Both the position numbers and the translations under genes were made by a program. A stretch of 64,000 nt of DNA, taken from positions 5,899,296-5,963,295 of the forward strand of contig OW818681.1 in NCBI GenBank assembly GCA_942493075.1, written 5' to 3'. Shown here piece by piece: positions 50,673 to 62,855 of this stretch. The notes under the pieces were generated by a model. It was not told where the DNA came from, ran no database searches, and saw only the letters and a list, made by a program, of their open reading frames with translations. Within the stretch, counting starts at the first letter, position 1. Each line of letters begins with the position of its first letter. Origin of the DNA: an uncultured Verrucomicrobiota bacterium (GTDB lineage: Bacteria > Verrucomicrobiota > Verrucomicrobiia > Limisphaerales > UBA8199).

Positions 50673-51502
50673 GCGCAGAAATTCCCTTCCAGTTCCCGAA
50701 TGGCCTGGCCTACCATGCGATAGGAGATCCGTTGACAATGATTCACGAAGCCCGCCAGCAGGGCTTTGTCGCAGAGCGCATTCACCAGGCGGGGAATGCC
50801 TTTGCTATACTGATAAACACGCCATAAAGCCGCCCAGGTAAAACAAGGCGTGCCATTGCCTCCCGATACCTGCAACCGATGCTGCACGTAACGGGCAACC
50901 TCCCCGCGTGTTAACGGGGAGAGATGATAGCGCACGGTAATGCGCTGACGAAGCTGTCGCAGGTTGTAATCGTTCAAGCGAGTGCGCAGCTCCGGCTGAC
51001 CCAGCAGCACGATCTGTACTAGCTTGCGGTTATCCGTTTCCAGGTTCGACAACAGACGCACCTGCTCCAATAACTCGTTCGTGAGATCCTGCGCTTCATC
51101 GATGATCAACACGCTTTCCCGCCCGTTCTCTACCTGTTGAAGGAGGAACATGTTGATCATGCTCAGAGTTTCCAGGCGATCCATGCCGCCTACAGGCAAC
51201 CCAAATTCAATCGCGATAGCCTTCATCATCTCATCCGGGCTCATGACCGGGTTCAGGATGAGCGCTGTGGCGAAATGATTATCGAGCTGTTCAAGCAAGG
51301 CCCGGCAGAGAGTCGTCTTTCCCGCGCCTACCTCGCCAGTGAGTTGAACGAAGCCTTTGCGCTCCCGAATACCATAAAGCAAATGGTTGAAAGCTTCCCG
51401 ATGCTTTGCGCTATAAAAAATGAAGCGCGGGTTCGGCGTGATGTCGAACGGCGGATCGGTCAACCCATAGAAATCCAGGTACACGCCACTGAGTGAGCAC
51501 AA
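50669..51502 (-). CDS. ExeA/GspA-like AAA ATPase (MshM-like)
   Basis: FVQLTGEVGAGKTTLCRALLEQL and LIIDEAQDL are ExeA-type motifs. Confidence 0.75.
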   Translation of the reverse strand: MCSLSGVYLDFYGLTDPPFDITPNPRFIFYSAKHREAFNHLLYGIRERKGFVQLTGEVGAGKTTLCRALLEQLDNHFATALILNPVMSPDEMMKAIAIEFGLPVGGMDRLETLSMINMFLLQQVENGRESVLIIDEAQDLTNELLEQVRLLSNLETDNRKLVQIVLLGQPELRTRLNDYNLRQLRQRITVRYHLSPLTRGEVARYVQHRLQVSGGNGTPCFTWAALWRVYQYSKGIPRLVNALCDKALLAGFVNHCQRISYRMVGQAIRELEGNFCA

Positions 51503-51770
51503 ACGGTGCCGCAGGCTGTCCTTTCAGGCTCCCGAGCGCCAGATTCAAGCAATGACGCTGGCTGATGGAAATGGCTCGTTTGCCGCTGGAGCAGGACCAC
51601 AGAGAGCCAATGCCTCGAAGGAACCATGAAGAAACTGCGGGGAACGGAGCCGCGACACCGGATAGAACTTGCCTGTAACGTTATTCTACAGCCCTTGAAC
51701 TTTCGAGCGCTAGCCTCAGAACCACGGAACGGCTTGCTCTAAGCCTGTGTTTCCTGCCCTAATTCAAGAC

Positions 51771-51806
51771 AACAAAAAGCGAGGTTGGGACTGCTCCCAA
51801 CCTCGC
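51771..51806 (-). terminator. Intrinsic terminator of groES-groEL.
   Basis: On the minus strand: GCGAGGUUGGGA-GCAG-UCCCAACCUCGC then UUUUUGUU, 48 bp after the groEL stop. Confidence 0.8.
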
Positions 51807-51853
51807 TCCTGTTTCTTCAGTTCCTCCGATAAATTAGAGGATGTCAGCCGGAC

Positions 51854-53503
<1,650 letters not shown>

Positions 53504-53528
53504 CTATACGGGGTTTGAGTTATTTCAC

Positions 53529-53822
53529 TTAGTCGAGCACGGCCAGGATATCTTCGGAGTTCAGGATCTTGTATTCCTTGCCGTCGATCTTGATTTCCGT
53601 GCCACCATACTTGCTAACCAGCACGCGGTCGCCCTTCTTCACTTCGAAGGGAACTTTCTTGCCGTCGTCATCCGTCTTGCCGGTGCCCAGCGCCACAACG
53701 ACGCTTTCCATGGGTTTTTCTTTGGCGGTATCCGGGATGATGATTCCGCCCTTCTTAACTTCCTTCTCTTCGGCGGGTTCAACGAGAACGCGATCACCGA
53801 GAGGTTTAATGTTTAGTGCCAT
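53529..53822 (-). CDS. groES: Co-chaperonin GroES (Hsp10). The ORF is open to 53876.
   Basis: [37 protein letters not shown]. Confidence 0.9.
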   Translation of the reverse strand: MALNIKPLGDRVLVEPAEEKEVKKGGIIIPDTAKEKPMESVVVALGTGKTDDDGKKVPFEVKKGDRVLVSKYGGTEIKIDGKEYKILNSEDILAVLD

Positions 53823-53879
53823 ATTTAGTTTTCTGGTTGTTTTTGATTTTTCGGTTGAATCAAAATCCCGCCGCATAAA

Positions 53880-53935
53880 GCTGCGGGAAAATTGTCAAAT
53901 CAGCGCGCGCGTAACCGGCCGTTGCCAACCGGTTA
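53880..53935 (-). terminator. Possible stem-loop terminator or attenuator between dnaK and groES.
   Basis: GCGTAACCGG-10 nt-CCGGTTACGC, with a weak U-tract on the minus strand. Confidence 0.3.
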
Positions 53936-53954
53936 CGCGTGCAGGCGCCGTGCC

Positions 53955-55898
53955 TTATTTCTTGTCGTCCACCACTTCGGCGTCAATGATCGGACCCTCG
54001 TCCTTCTTGCTGCCCTTGGCGTCCGCCCCCGGCTCGGCTTGCGGTCCTTGGCCGCCCGCTTGTTGCTGGGCTGCGCGAGCTTGTTCGCCCGCGTTCTTAT
54101 AAAGTTCCGTCGAGGCCGCCTGCCAAACGGTATTGAGTTTCTCTGTCCCGGTGCGGAGTGCTTCCAGATCGCTGCCCTTCAGCGCTTCCTTCAGCTCATT
54201 GACCGCGCTCTGGATCTTTTCCTTCTCGCCAGCCGGCAGCTTGTCCCCATTATCCTTGATCAGCTTCTCCGAGCGATACACCGTGTTATCGGCGTCGTTA
54301 CGGACTTCGACCTCCTCCCGGCGCTTCTTATCGTCATCCGCGTGAGCCTCGGCGTCTTTGCGCATGCGCTCCACCTCGTCTTTGCTCAGCCCGCTGCTTG
54401 CGGTGATCGTGATCTTTTGTTCCTTACCTGTGCCCAGGTCCTTGGCGCTTACGTGCAGCATGCCGTTGGCATCGATGTCGAATGTGACCTCGATCTGCGG
54501 CACTCCGCGCGGCGCGGGCGGGATATCAGTCAACTGAAACTTGCCGATCGTCTTGTTGTCTCGCGCGAATTGCCGTTCACCCTGGAGCACGTGGATTTCC
54601 ACACCAGGCTGGTTATCCGAGGCCGTGGAGAAAATTTCCGATTTCCGCGTGGGGATCGTGGTATTGCGCTCGATCAGGCGTGTGAACACCCCGCCCAGTG
54701 TTTCAATACCCAGTGAGAGCGGCGTCACATCCAGCAACAGCACGTCTTTGACTTCGCCCTTGAGCACGCCGGCTTGAATCGCAGCGCCAATCGCCACTAC
54801 TTCGTCCGGGTTCACGCCCTGATGCGGGGTCTTGTTGACCATCTGGTGTGCGGTCTCAACAACCTTCGGCATGCGCGTCATACCACCAACCAACACCAAC
54901 TCGTCGATTTGGCGCGCATCCAATCCGGCATCTTTCAAACAAGCGCGGGTTGGGATGATCGTGCGCTCGAACAGCTCATCGCAAATCTGCTCCATCTTCG
55001 CGCGGGTCAGCTTCATGCTGATGTGTTTTGGCCCGCTGGCATCCGCCGTGATGAACGGCAGGTTGATCTCATAAACTTGTGAGCTGGACAACGCGATCTT
55101 CGCCTTCTCGGATTCCTCCTTGATGCGTTGCAGAGCGTCGGGCTGCTTGCGCAGATCCATGCCGTTCTCGCGTTTGAATTCGTCGAGAATGGTATCCATG
55201 ATCCGGCCGTCCCAATCGTCACCACCCAGATGGGTGTCGCCGTTGGTGGCCTTCACTTCGAACACGCCATCGCCGATTTCCAGCACGGAGATATCGAATG
55301 TGCCGCCGCCCAAGTCATAGACAGCGATCTTCTCATCTTTCTTCTTATCGAGACCGTAGGCGAGCGAAGCTGCCGTCGGTTCGTTAATGATGCGGAGCAC
55401 TTCGAGCCCGGCGATGCGCCCGGCATCTTTGGTCGCCTGGCGCTGGGAGTCGTTAAAGTAAGCCGGCACGGTGATCACCGCTTGAGTGATGGTTTCCCCC
55501 AGGCGCATTTCAGCGTCCGATTTAAGCTTGGCCAGAATCATGGCCGAGACTTCAGCGGGGCTGTACTGCTTGGGCTTGCCTTCGACTTCCACCTCCACGT
55601 AAGCGTCACCGTTCGGGCCGGGCACAACCTTGTAAGGGACGCGTTTGCGTTCCTCTTCCACTTCGGAATACTTGCGCCCCATGAACCGCTTGATGGAGTA
55701 AACTGTATTGCGCGAGTTGGTAATGGCCTGCCGCTTGGCAGCATCACCCACGAGCCGCTCGCCAGTCTTGGTGAAAGCCACGACCGAAGGGGTAACACGA
55801 CGCCCCTCGGAGTTCTCGAGCACCAGCGGTTCACCGCCTTCCATGACCGCCATGCACGAGTTAGTTGTTCCTAAATCAATACCAAGTACTTTTGCCAT
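53955..55898 (-). CDS. dnaK: Molecular chaperone DnaK (Hsp70). The ORF is open to 55913.
   Basis: [34 protein letters not shown]. Confidence 0.95.
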   Translation of the reverse strand: MAKVLGIDLGTTNSCMAVMEGGEPLVLENSEGRRVTPSVVAFTKTGERLVGDAAKRQAITNSRNTVYSIKRFMGRKYSEVEEERKRVPYKVVPGPNGDAYVEVEVEGKPKQYSPAEVSAMILAKLKSDAEMRLGETITQAVITVPAYFNDSQRQATKDAGRIAGLEVLRIINEPTAASLAYGLDKKKDEKIAVYDLGGGTFDISVLEIGDGVFEVKATNGDTHLGGDDWDGRIMDTILDEFKRENGMDLRKQPDALQRIKEESEKAKIALSSSQVYEINLPFITADASGPKHISMKLTRAKMEQICDELFERTIIPTRACLKDAGLDARQIDELVLVGGMTRMPKVVETAHQMVNKTPHQGVNPDEVVAIGAAIQAGVLKGEVKDVLLLDVTPLSLGIETLGGVFTRLIERNTTIPTRKSEIFSTASDNQPGVEIHVLQGERQFARDNKTIGKFQLTDIPPAPRGVPQIEVTFDIDANGMLHVSAKDLGTGKEQKITITASSGLSKDEVERMRKDAEAHADDDKKRREEVEVRNDADNTVYRSEKLIKDNGDKLPAGEKEKIQSAVNELKEALKGSDLEALRTGTEKLNTVWQAASTELYKNAGEQARAAQQQAGGQGPQAEPGADAKGSKKDEGPIIDAEVVDDKK

Positions 55899-56223
55899 AA
55901 TAGCTCCTGCCAATAAAAATCCAAGGAGCTATAAGCAGGTGCGGTGCCATAGAGGAACAGATTGATACATGTTACTGGTGTACATCGCCTTACATTCCGA
56001 AAGGCCATAACAGCAGTCGATTCTCCCTCTCAGAATGTGCGCCATACTGACTCAAGGTGTGGGTTCTGAGCGCCCATATGGCACAGTTACCGTGAACGTG
56101 AACTTCCGCCGGGATGCTCGGGCGATGCTAATACTTCCCATGCTCTCCGTGTCCCGTCCATGCCCACAGAAACCCCACAAAAAACCTGTTCGCTCATGCA
56201 TTCAGTGTCCATATATCCATTGA

Positions 56224-57795
56224 ATGATTAGCGACGACATGGCCCTGGTGCGGGAATATGCTCAGAATAATTCCGAGCGAGCCTTCTCCACTCTCGTCTC
56301 GCGCCACGTCAACCTGGTCTATTCGGTCGCTTTGCGCCAAACCCACAACCCTCATCTGGCGGAAGAGATCACTCAGAGTGTATTTATTGTTCTCGCTCGC
56401 AAGGCAGGGTCCTTGAATCCCAAAACCATTCTTCCGGGCTGGCTGCATCGCACCGCCCGCTTTATCTCCGCTGACACACTAAAGATCCAGCGGCGCCGTC
56501 ATATTCGCGAACAGGAGGCCCACATGCAATCCACCCCACACGAGCCGGACTCCACCGCCTGGAACGGCATCGAACCCCTGCTTGACGAAGCATTGGGTTG
56601 TCTCGGAGAAAAAGAGCACGACGCCGTCGTGCTGCGCTTCTTTAATGGCAAAGAACTCAAGCACGTCGGCGAGGCCATGGGTCTAACCGAAGACGCTGCG
56701 CGGATGCGCGTCAATCGGGGCTTGGAAAAGCTCCGCAAGTTTTTCTCAGCGCGAGGGGTGACGCTATCGACAACGGCAATCGCCGGGGCCGTGGCAGCAA
56801 ACTCGGTCCAGGCTGCGCCGGCCGGAATGGCGTGCACCATCGCTGCGGCTGTCATTTCAGGAACTGCAACAACCACTGCGGCGGTCATCGCCGCTATCAA
56901 AGGCACAACCATGACAACTATCCAAACCACCGCCATAGCGACAGCACTTGCTGCGGCTATCGGAACAGGGGCTTACCAGGGCCATCAAGCGATCAAAGCC
57001 CGCAATGAAGTCGAGAGCCTTCGTCAGCAGCAGGCCCCTTTGACTGAGCAGATCAAAACGATGCAGCACGAGCGCGACGAGGCAGCTATCCGTTTGGCAT
57101 CGGCTTCGAACGAAGTGGCTTTGGCCAACAAAAACGCCAGCGAACTACTGCGTCTCCGCGGCGAGGTCACATTCCTGCGCCAGAAGGCCAAAAGTCTGGA
57201 AGCCGATGTCAAAGCGGGGGTGGAGTTTGAATCTGCCGCAACGGCGTCCACATCGAATACTCCGCCGGTAAATTTTTTCCAATCATCATGCAAGGCCAGG
57301 ATAGCTTGGAACGAGCCCGTTGTCGTTGGAGGCTGGAGAACACCCGGCGGTAAGCGCGCGCTCGTGATTGCTCAGCCCTCTCAGGGGAACGACTCAGATG
57401 AAAGCATCAACATCAAGGCTTTTATTGTCGAGTGCACCGAGGATGCAGCCGTATCTTACGGCCTGGCTCAATTCATTCAGGATGAGGGAGGCGCCACCAA
57501 ACCAGCGACATTGAGCAGCGACCTGTTTGAGACTCTGACTGAGAAGGGCGGAAGTGGGATCGATCTCTACAACAAAGCATCGGTCACAACCTTGAGCGGT
57601 CGGCAAACCCAAATCCAATGCATTACTGGCATGCAGAAATCGCTTTCCGGAGAGGATATCCCCCTGGGCCCAACTGTAGATATCCTTCCGAAAATCGCCG
57701 AGGATGGGAAGAGCCTGGATATGGATGTTGTCACGTCTGTGACTTATCCGACGCCACCTCCCAAAGCACCTGAGCGAAACCAAAGTTCACAGTAA
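56224..57795 (+). CDS. ECF sigma-70 factor (regions 2 and 4) fused to a transmembrane Ala/Thr-rich segment, a coiled coil, and a ~180-aa C-terminal extracytoplasmic domain. This is a single-chain sigma/anti-sigma-like arrangement.
   Basis: Sigma region 2 (LVREYAQNNSERAFSTLVSRHVNLVYSVA) and region 4 (ELKHVGEAMGLTEDAARMRVNRGLEKLRK). Then a hydrophobic stretch, then a soluble domain. Confidence 0.7.
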   Translation: MISDDMALVREYAQNNSERAFSTLVSRHVNLVYSVALRQTHNPHLAEEITQSVFIVLARKAGSLNPKTILPGWLHRTARFISADTLKIQRRRHIREQEAHMQSTPHEPDSTAWNGIEPLLDEALGCLGEKEHDAVVLRFFNGKELKHVGEAMGLTEDAARMRVNRGLEKLRKFFSARGVTLSTTAIAGAVAANSVQAAPAGMACTIAAAVISGTATTTAAVIAAIKGTTMTTIQTTAIATALAAAIGTGAYQGHQAIKARNEVESLRQQQAPLTEQIKTMQHERDEAAIRLASASNEVALANKNASELLRLRGEVTFLRQKAKSLEADVKAGVEFESAATASTSNTPPVNFFQSSCKARIAWNEPVVVGGWRTPGGKRALVIAQPSQGNDSDESINIKAFIVECTEDAAVSYGLAQFIQDEGGATKPATLSSDLFETLTEKGGSGIDLYNKASVTTLSGRQTQIQCITGMQKSLSGEDIPLGPTVDILPKIAEDGKSLDMDVVTSVTYPTPPPKAPERNQSSQ

Positions 57796-58011
57796 CAGAA
57801 GCCCATAATCGCGGGAATCGGCCCACGGCCATAGATCGATAGCCCCGCCCCCAACAACGCCGCGTGAGGTTACGCGGCCTTCACAGTGCCTGATTGCGCA
57901 CTTGGCATCACACGTGAGTCGTTCTTAGTGGCGATGTCACCGGGGGCTCTTCTGTGGTGTCCGTGTGCCGTCCGTGCTCACACAAGTTCCACGCCACCCC
58001 TGTCGGACGCG

Positions 58012-60056
58012 GCTTGTCGAGGTAGGGACGCGGGTTACCCGCGCCCCCCTCACAGATCCCGGCGGGCAGTTTTCCTGCACCGGGCTCTTCAGATCAACTC
58101 GCTCTCGCATTCGCCATTGGTTGTTTCCATGTCCGGGAGAAGTGTGCCAGACGCTGGCAGTAACTCAGTTCCAACTGGCAAGGCATGCAGCCGTTCTTTT
58201 CCACAATGCGCGGGGGCGGCACTTGGAAACGCTCCAGCAGCCGATTGACCGCTGGCCATCTCAGGCTCTTTCGCTGACTCCGCCGGTTGAGCCATTTGTA
58301 CAGTGCCCGGCAGGTCTCATCATAGAGGAGTTTCATACGGCGAGAGTTGCCGATGATTCCATAGTAATTCCACGTCCCTTGCAGCTTTGCCTTCAATGTT
58401 TTCATCAATAGGCGCAGCTTCTGGTGACGCTGTTCTTTGATCCAGTCTTTCATCCTCTGCATGGCCGCCTGATGCTTCTTGGTGGCCGTGCGTCGTTTAA
58501 CCCTTGGTTTGCCTTTCCGGTCCGCTTCCCAGTAAAACTCGAACCCTAAAAAGTCAAACCTCCCATTGTGTGGCCCGCCATTGCGGCCAAAACGTATCGT
58601 CTTGGTTTTGTCGGGTGCCACCTCCAGCCCAAACTGAGCCAGTCGTTCTTTCAGTGCCTTTTCGAAGGCTTCGGCTTCATGCCGATACTCAAAGCTCGCC
58701 ACAAAGTCATCCGCATAGCGGACCATTCGACAGCGCCCTTGTTGCTTGGGTTTGACCACGCGTTCAAACCATAGATCCAGCACATAGTGCAGGTAGATAT
58801 TTGCCAGCACAGGCGAAACTACTCCGCCTTGGGGTGTTCCAGTCTGAGGATGTATCACCTTCCCATCCTCTTCCAGTATCCCTGCCCGCAGCCATTTGCG
58901 GATCAGGTTTACAAACGCTCCATCAGCGATTCTTTCCTCCAACATCCGCTCCAACCAGTCCCATTGGATATTGTCGAAAAATCCTTTGATGTCTGCTTCC
59001 ACTACGAAGTTGTGTCCGCCAAACTGCAACTCGTCCGTCAGGGCTTTGATCGCCGCGTGGGCGCTGATCCCTGGCCGATACCCATAGCTGCACGGCAGAA
59101 AGTTCTCTTCATAGATTGCCAGCAGGATTTGCGTCGCCGCCACTTGCAGCAGCTTATCCTCCAGCACCGGTATTCCTAAGGGACGGAATTTTCCGTTCCC
59201 CTTCGGAATGTACTTCCTCCGCACCAGTCGCGCCCGGTAGGCTTTGCGCCGGAGTCGATCCACCAGATCCGCCAGGTTCGCCTCCAGGTTTCTCTCATAT
59301 TCCTGGTACGTGACCTTGTCCACGCCACTGGCTGCGTCCTTCCGCAAGCGGTAGAAACACAGGCGCAAGACGTCCTGATTGATCATCCGATACAGCCCTC
59401 CGAACCGGTAGTGCTTTTGTGTGCATGCCTTCTCAGCTATAGCCCGCAGGGAGGTTTGCCAGTCTTTCTCCGTGGTTCTTACGGGACCGGTTTCCTGTGC
59501 AGGCTGCGTTGCTCTGTGGGACCCTTCCTGAACTTCGGGGCTTGCGCCTTGCCGTCCAATACTATGATCCCATCCGACTCCCGGATCGTCCGAAGGCGCT
59601 CCTTGTCGTTGCGTCCTCGTTCCTGCTTGGCCCTCGCAGTTAGTGCGGCAGGGACCCTCCGGGCCTCCTTCGTTCCGTGCGTCTCCTTCAGTGCCCGCCA
59701 CGCTCTTAGACCCCGGCAAGCCCGCCGCGACCTCACCTGTAGCGGTCACTTCGGTTTTGGGTTCGGGTAACGTAACTCCATCCCCACTTGCATTTTCGTT
59801 TTTCGAGGCTGAATTGCTTAAGCGGGATGCGGGTCCCGCTTGCGGCTTGCACTTTACCGCAGGTACGCTTCCCAACGGGCGTTCCGGCCGGTAAAACCAT
59901 AAGTCCACCGGTTCTCTTCCCGCCAGGCAACCTTCGGCTTTTGGATGTTGGTTAGACTCTTCCATTCTTTGTTTTCACTCAGAACTCCGATTGTCTGACA
60001 ACCGGATCAGAGGGACTTTCACCCTCGGATTACGCACAGCTTCACGAAGCGCTACT
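58012..60056 (-). mobile_element. Group II intron (IIC-like, ~2.04 kb), copy 1. Boundaries are approximate (±20 nt).
   Basis: Domain V on the minus strand at 58054-58087 reads GAGCCCGGUGCAGG-AAAA-CUGCCCGCCGGGAUCU. A domain VI-like stem follows. The intron encodes an RT/maturase and has an identical tandem copy. Confidence 0.75.
58094..59965 (-). CDS. Group II intron reverse transcriptase/maturase (no endonuclease domain). The ORF maximum is shown. The true start is probably near 59386-59500, because the N-terminal 190 aa are low-complexity read-through of intron RNA domains.
   Basis: RT motifs PKGNGKFRPLGIPVLEDKLLQ, FVVEADIKGFFDNI, VRYADDFV (the YADD motif), then maturase domain X. Confidence 0.85.
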   Translation of the reverse strand: MEESNQHPKAEGCLAGREPVDLWFYRPERPLGSVPAVKCKPQAGPASRLSNSASKNENASGDGVTLPEPKTEVTATGEVAAGLPGSKSVAGTEGDARNEGGPEGPCRTNCEGQAGTRTQRQGAPSDDPGVGWDHSIGRQGASPEVQEGSHRATQPAQETGPVRTTEKDWQTSLRAIAEKACTQKHYRFGGLYRMINQDVLRLCFYRLRKDAASGVDKVTYQEYERNLEANLADLVDRLRRKAYRARLVRRKYIPKGNGKFRPLGIPVLEDKLLQVAATQILLAIYEENFLPCSYGYRPGISAHAAIKALTDELQFGGHNFVVEADIKGFFDNIQWDWLERMLEERIADGAFVNLIRKWLRAGILEEDGKVIHPQTGTPQGGVVSPVLANIYLHYVLDLWFERVVKPKQQGRCRMVRYADDFVASFEYRHEAEAFEKALKERLAQFGLEVAPDKTKTIRFGRNGGPHNGRFDFLGFEFYWEADRKGKPRVKRRTATKKHQAAMQRMKDWIKEQRHQKLRLLMKTLKAKLQGTWNYYGIIGNSRRMKLLYDETCRALYKWLNRRSQRKSLRWPAVNRLLERFQVPPPRIVEKNGCMPCQLELSYCQRLAHFSRTWKQPMANARAS

Positions 60057-60109
60057 ACGCATCACGCGTACTAGCGCCCTGCCCCTCCGCTATCCCACTC
60101 CCGCACCAT

Positions 60110-62152
60110 GTTGTCGAGGTAGGGACGCGGGTTACCCGCGCCCCCCTCACAGATCCCGGCGGGCAGTTTTCCTGCACCGGGCTCTTCAGATCAACTCGCT
60201 CTCGCATTCGCCATTGGTTGTTTCCATGTCCGGGAGAAGTGTGCCAGACGCTGGCAGTAACTCAGTTCCAACTGGCAAGGCATGCAGCCGTTCTTTTCCA
60301 CAATGCGCGGGGGCGGCACTTGGAAACGCTCCAGCAGCCGATTGACCGCTGGCCATCTCAGGCTCTTTCGCTGACTCCGCCGGTTGAGCCATTTGTACAG
60401 TGCCCGGCAGGTCTCATCATAGAGGAGTTTCATACGGCGAGAGTTGCCGATGATTCCATAGTAATTCCACGTCCCTTGCAGCTTTGCCTTCAATGTTTTC
60501 ATCAATAGGCGCAGCTTCTGGTGACGCTGTTCTTTGATCCAGTCTTTCATCCTCTGCATGGCCGCCTGATGCTTCTTGGTGGCCGTGCGTCGTTTAACCC
60601 TTGGTTTGCCTTTCCGGTCCGCTTCCCAGTAAAACTCGAACCCTAAAAAGTCAAACCTCCCATTGTGTGGCCCGCCATTGCGGCCAAAACGTATCGTCTT
60701 GGTTTTGTCGGGTGCCACCTCCAGCCCAAACTGAGCCAGTCGTTCTTTCAGTGCCTTTTCGAAGGCTTCGGCTTCATGCCGATACTCAAAGCTCGCCACA
60801 AAGTCATCCGCATAGCGGACCATTCGACAGCGCCCTTGTTGCTTGGGTTTGACCACGCGTTCAAACCATAGATCCAGCACATAGTGCAGGTAGATATTTG
60901 CCAGCACAGGCGAAACTACTCCGCCTTGGGGTGTTCCAGTCTGAGGATGTATCACCTTCCCATCCTCTTCCAGTATCCCTGCCCGCAGCCATTTGCGGAT
61001 CAGGTTTACAAACGCTCCATCAGCGATTCTTTCCTCCAACATCCGCTCCAACCAGTCCCATTGGATATTGTCGAAAAATCCTTTGATGTCTGCTTCCACT
61101 ACGAAGTTGTGTCCGCCAAACTGCAACTCGTCCGTCAGGGCTTTGATCGCCGCGTGGGCGCTGATCCCTGGCCGATACCCATAGCTGCACGGCAGAAAGT
61201 TCTCTTCATAGATTGCCAGCAGGATTTGCGTCGCCGCCACTTGCAGCAGCTTATCCTCCAGCACCGGTATTCCTAAGGGACGGAATTTTCCGTTCCCCTT
61301 CGGAATGTACTTCCTCCGCACCAGTCGCGCCCGGTAGGCTTTGCGCCGGAGTCGATCCACCAGATCCGCCAGGTTCGCCTCCAGGTTTCTCTCATATTCC
61401 TGGTACGTGACCTTGTCCACGCCACTGGCTGCGTCCTTCCGCAAGCGGTAGAAACACAGGCGCAAGACGTCCTGATTGATCATCCGATACAGCCCTCCGA
61501 ACCGGTAGTGCTTTTGTGTGCATGCCTTCTCAGCTATAGCCCGCAGGGAGGTTTGCCAGTCTTTCTCCGTGGTTCTTACGGGACCGGTTTCCTGTGCAGG
61601 CTGCGTTGCTCTGTGGGACCCTTCCTGAACTTCGGGGCTTGCGCCTTGCCGTCCAATACTATGATCCCATCCGACTCCCGGATCGTCCGAAGGCGCTCCT
61701 TGTCGTTGCGTCCTCGTTCCTGCTTGGCCCTCGCAGTTAGTGCGGCAGGGACCCTCCGGGCCTCCTTCGTTCCGTGCGTCTCCTTCAGTGCCCGCCACGC
61801 TCTTAGACCCCGGCAAGCCCGCCGCGACCTCACCTGTAGCGGTCACTTCGGTTTTGGGTTCGGGTAACGTAACTCCATCCCCACTTGCATTTTCGTTTTT
61901 CGAGGCTGAATTGCTTAAGCGGGATGCGGGTCCCGCTTGCGGCTTGCACTTTACCGCAGGTACGCTTCCCAACGGGCGTTCCGGCCGGTAAAACCATAAG
62001 TCCACCGGTTCTCTTCCCGCCAGGCAACCTTCGGCTTTTGGATGTTGGTTAGACTCTTCCATTCTTTGTTTTCACTCAGAACTCCGATTGTCTGACAACC
62101 GGATCAGAGGGACTTTCACCCTCGGATTACGCACAGCTTCACGAAGCGCTAC
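60110..62152 (-). mobile_element. Group II intron, copy 2. Identical to copy 1 and separated from it by a ~53-bp spacer.
   Basis: The ~2.04-kb sequence is identical, including the DV/DVI region and the ORF. Confidence 0.75.
60191..62062 (-). CDS. Group II intron reverse transcriptase/maturase, copy 2 (100% identical protein).
   Basis: The ORF translation is identical to 58094..59965. Confidence 0.85.
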   Translation of the reverse strand: MEESNQHPKAEGCLAGREPVDLWFYRPERPLGSVPAVKCKPQAGPASRLSNSASKNENASGDGVTLPEPKTEVTATGEVAAGLPGSKSVAGTEGDARNEGGPEGPCRTNCEGQAGTRTQRQGAPSDDPGVGWDHSIGRQGASPEVQEGSHRATQPAQETGPVRTTEKDWQTSLRAIAEKACTQKHYRFGGLYRMINQDVLRLCFYRLRKDAASGVDKVTYQEYERNLEANLADLVDRLRRKAYRARLVRRKYIPKGNGKFRPLGIPVLEDKLLQVAATQILLAIYEENFLPCSYGYRPGISAHAAIKALTDELQFGGHNFVVEADIKGFFDNIQWDWLERMLEERIADGAFVNLIRKWLRAGILEEDGKVIHPQTGTPQGGVVSPVLANIYLHYVLDLWFERVVKPKQQGRCRMVRYADDFVASFEYRHEAEAFEKALKERLAQFGLEVAPDKTKTIRFGRNGGPHNGRFDFLGFEFYWEADRKGKPRVKRRTATKKHQAAMQRMKDWIKEQRHQKLRLLMKTLKAKLQGTWNYYGIIGNSRRMKLLYDETCRALYKWLNRRSQRKSLRWPAVNRLLERFQVPPPRIVEKNGCMPCQLELSYCQRLAHFSRTWKQPMANARAS

Positions 62153-62330
62153 CACGCTTTACGTTTCACCCCCACTCCGGTGCTTTTCCGATGCCGTCTT
62201 TTCATTTGTTCTGATTTTCCTGACGGTTTTTGTTGCCAGCAACTAATGAGTTGGACAAAATCATGTCGTCAAATGAAATCCGTCCCCGATCAACAGAACC
62301 GTAAGGGCGCCGGCAGGCTTCGCCCTTTGA

Positions 62331-62614
62331 TTTCTATGGTTCTTCCCCCCACGTCATTAGCCTCTGGAACCCTCCTCACCCAGGTTCAAACACTCGTAGG
62401 AGAATTCGATAATGCGCTTGAGATCGAGCTCCAGGATGAGTCTTTCGACCACGCGTTCTCCGGTTGTCAGAAGGGCGAGCCGCGCATGGTCATCTCCACC
62501 GATGGCAAGGCCCTGTTTCACGTGACCGGCATGGTCCCATCTGACGATCTCAGAACCATGTTCGAAGATGCAGTGAAGTATTCAAGATCCCTGGGGTTGA
62601 CGCAAAGCGTCTGA
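62331..62614 (+). CDS. Small hypothetical protein. The ORF is open from 62180, but the start is more likely at MVLPP.
   Basis: 94-aa ORF with normal composition, upstream of the DUF4912-like gene. No recognisable family. Confidence 0.25.
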
Positions 62615-62855
62615 TCCCCGTTTCTCCGCACCACATTTGGTATTGGGCGGCACTCTCGCGCCGCCTTAAGCCTCCTATTATCCAGCCTCCGGGGAAATGT
62701 TCGGAATGGCGCAACCGAGACGACAAGTCCCACTTCTAATCACACCCTTCCGCGGTGCCCTGATCGAAATACCGGTTGCACAGCCGTCCCTCTGAACGTA
62801 AAGTTTCCGCCGTAAGCGATCTCAGGCGACTCCCCCGCGCCCGCATCGGCTCTCT

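Noticed and set aside
59386-59965. N-terminal 190 aa of the group II intron ORF (MEESNQHPKAEG...)
   Set aside because: This is a low-complexity translation of intron RNA domains upstream of the RT start. The real IEP begins near the conserved LYRMINQDVL region.
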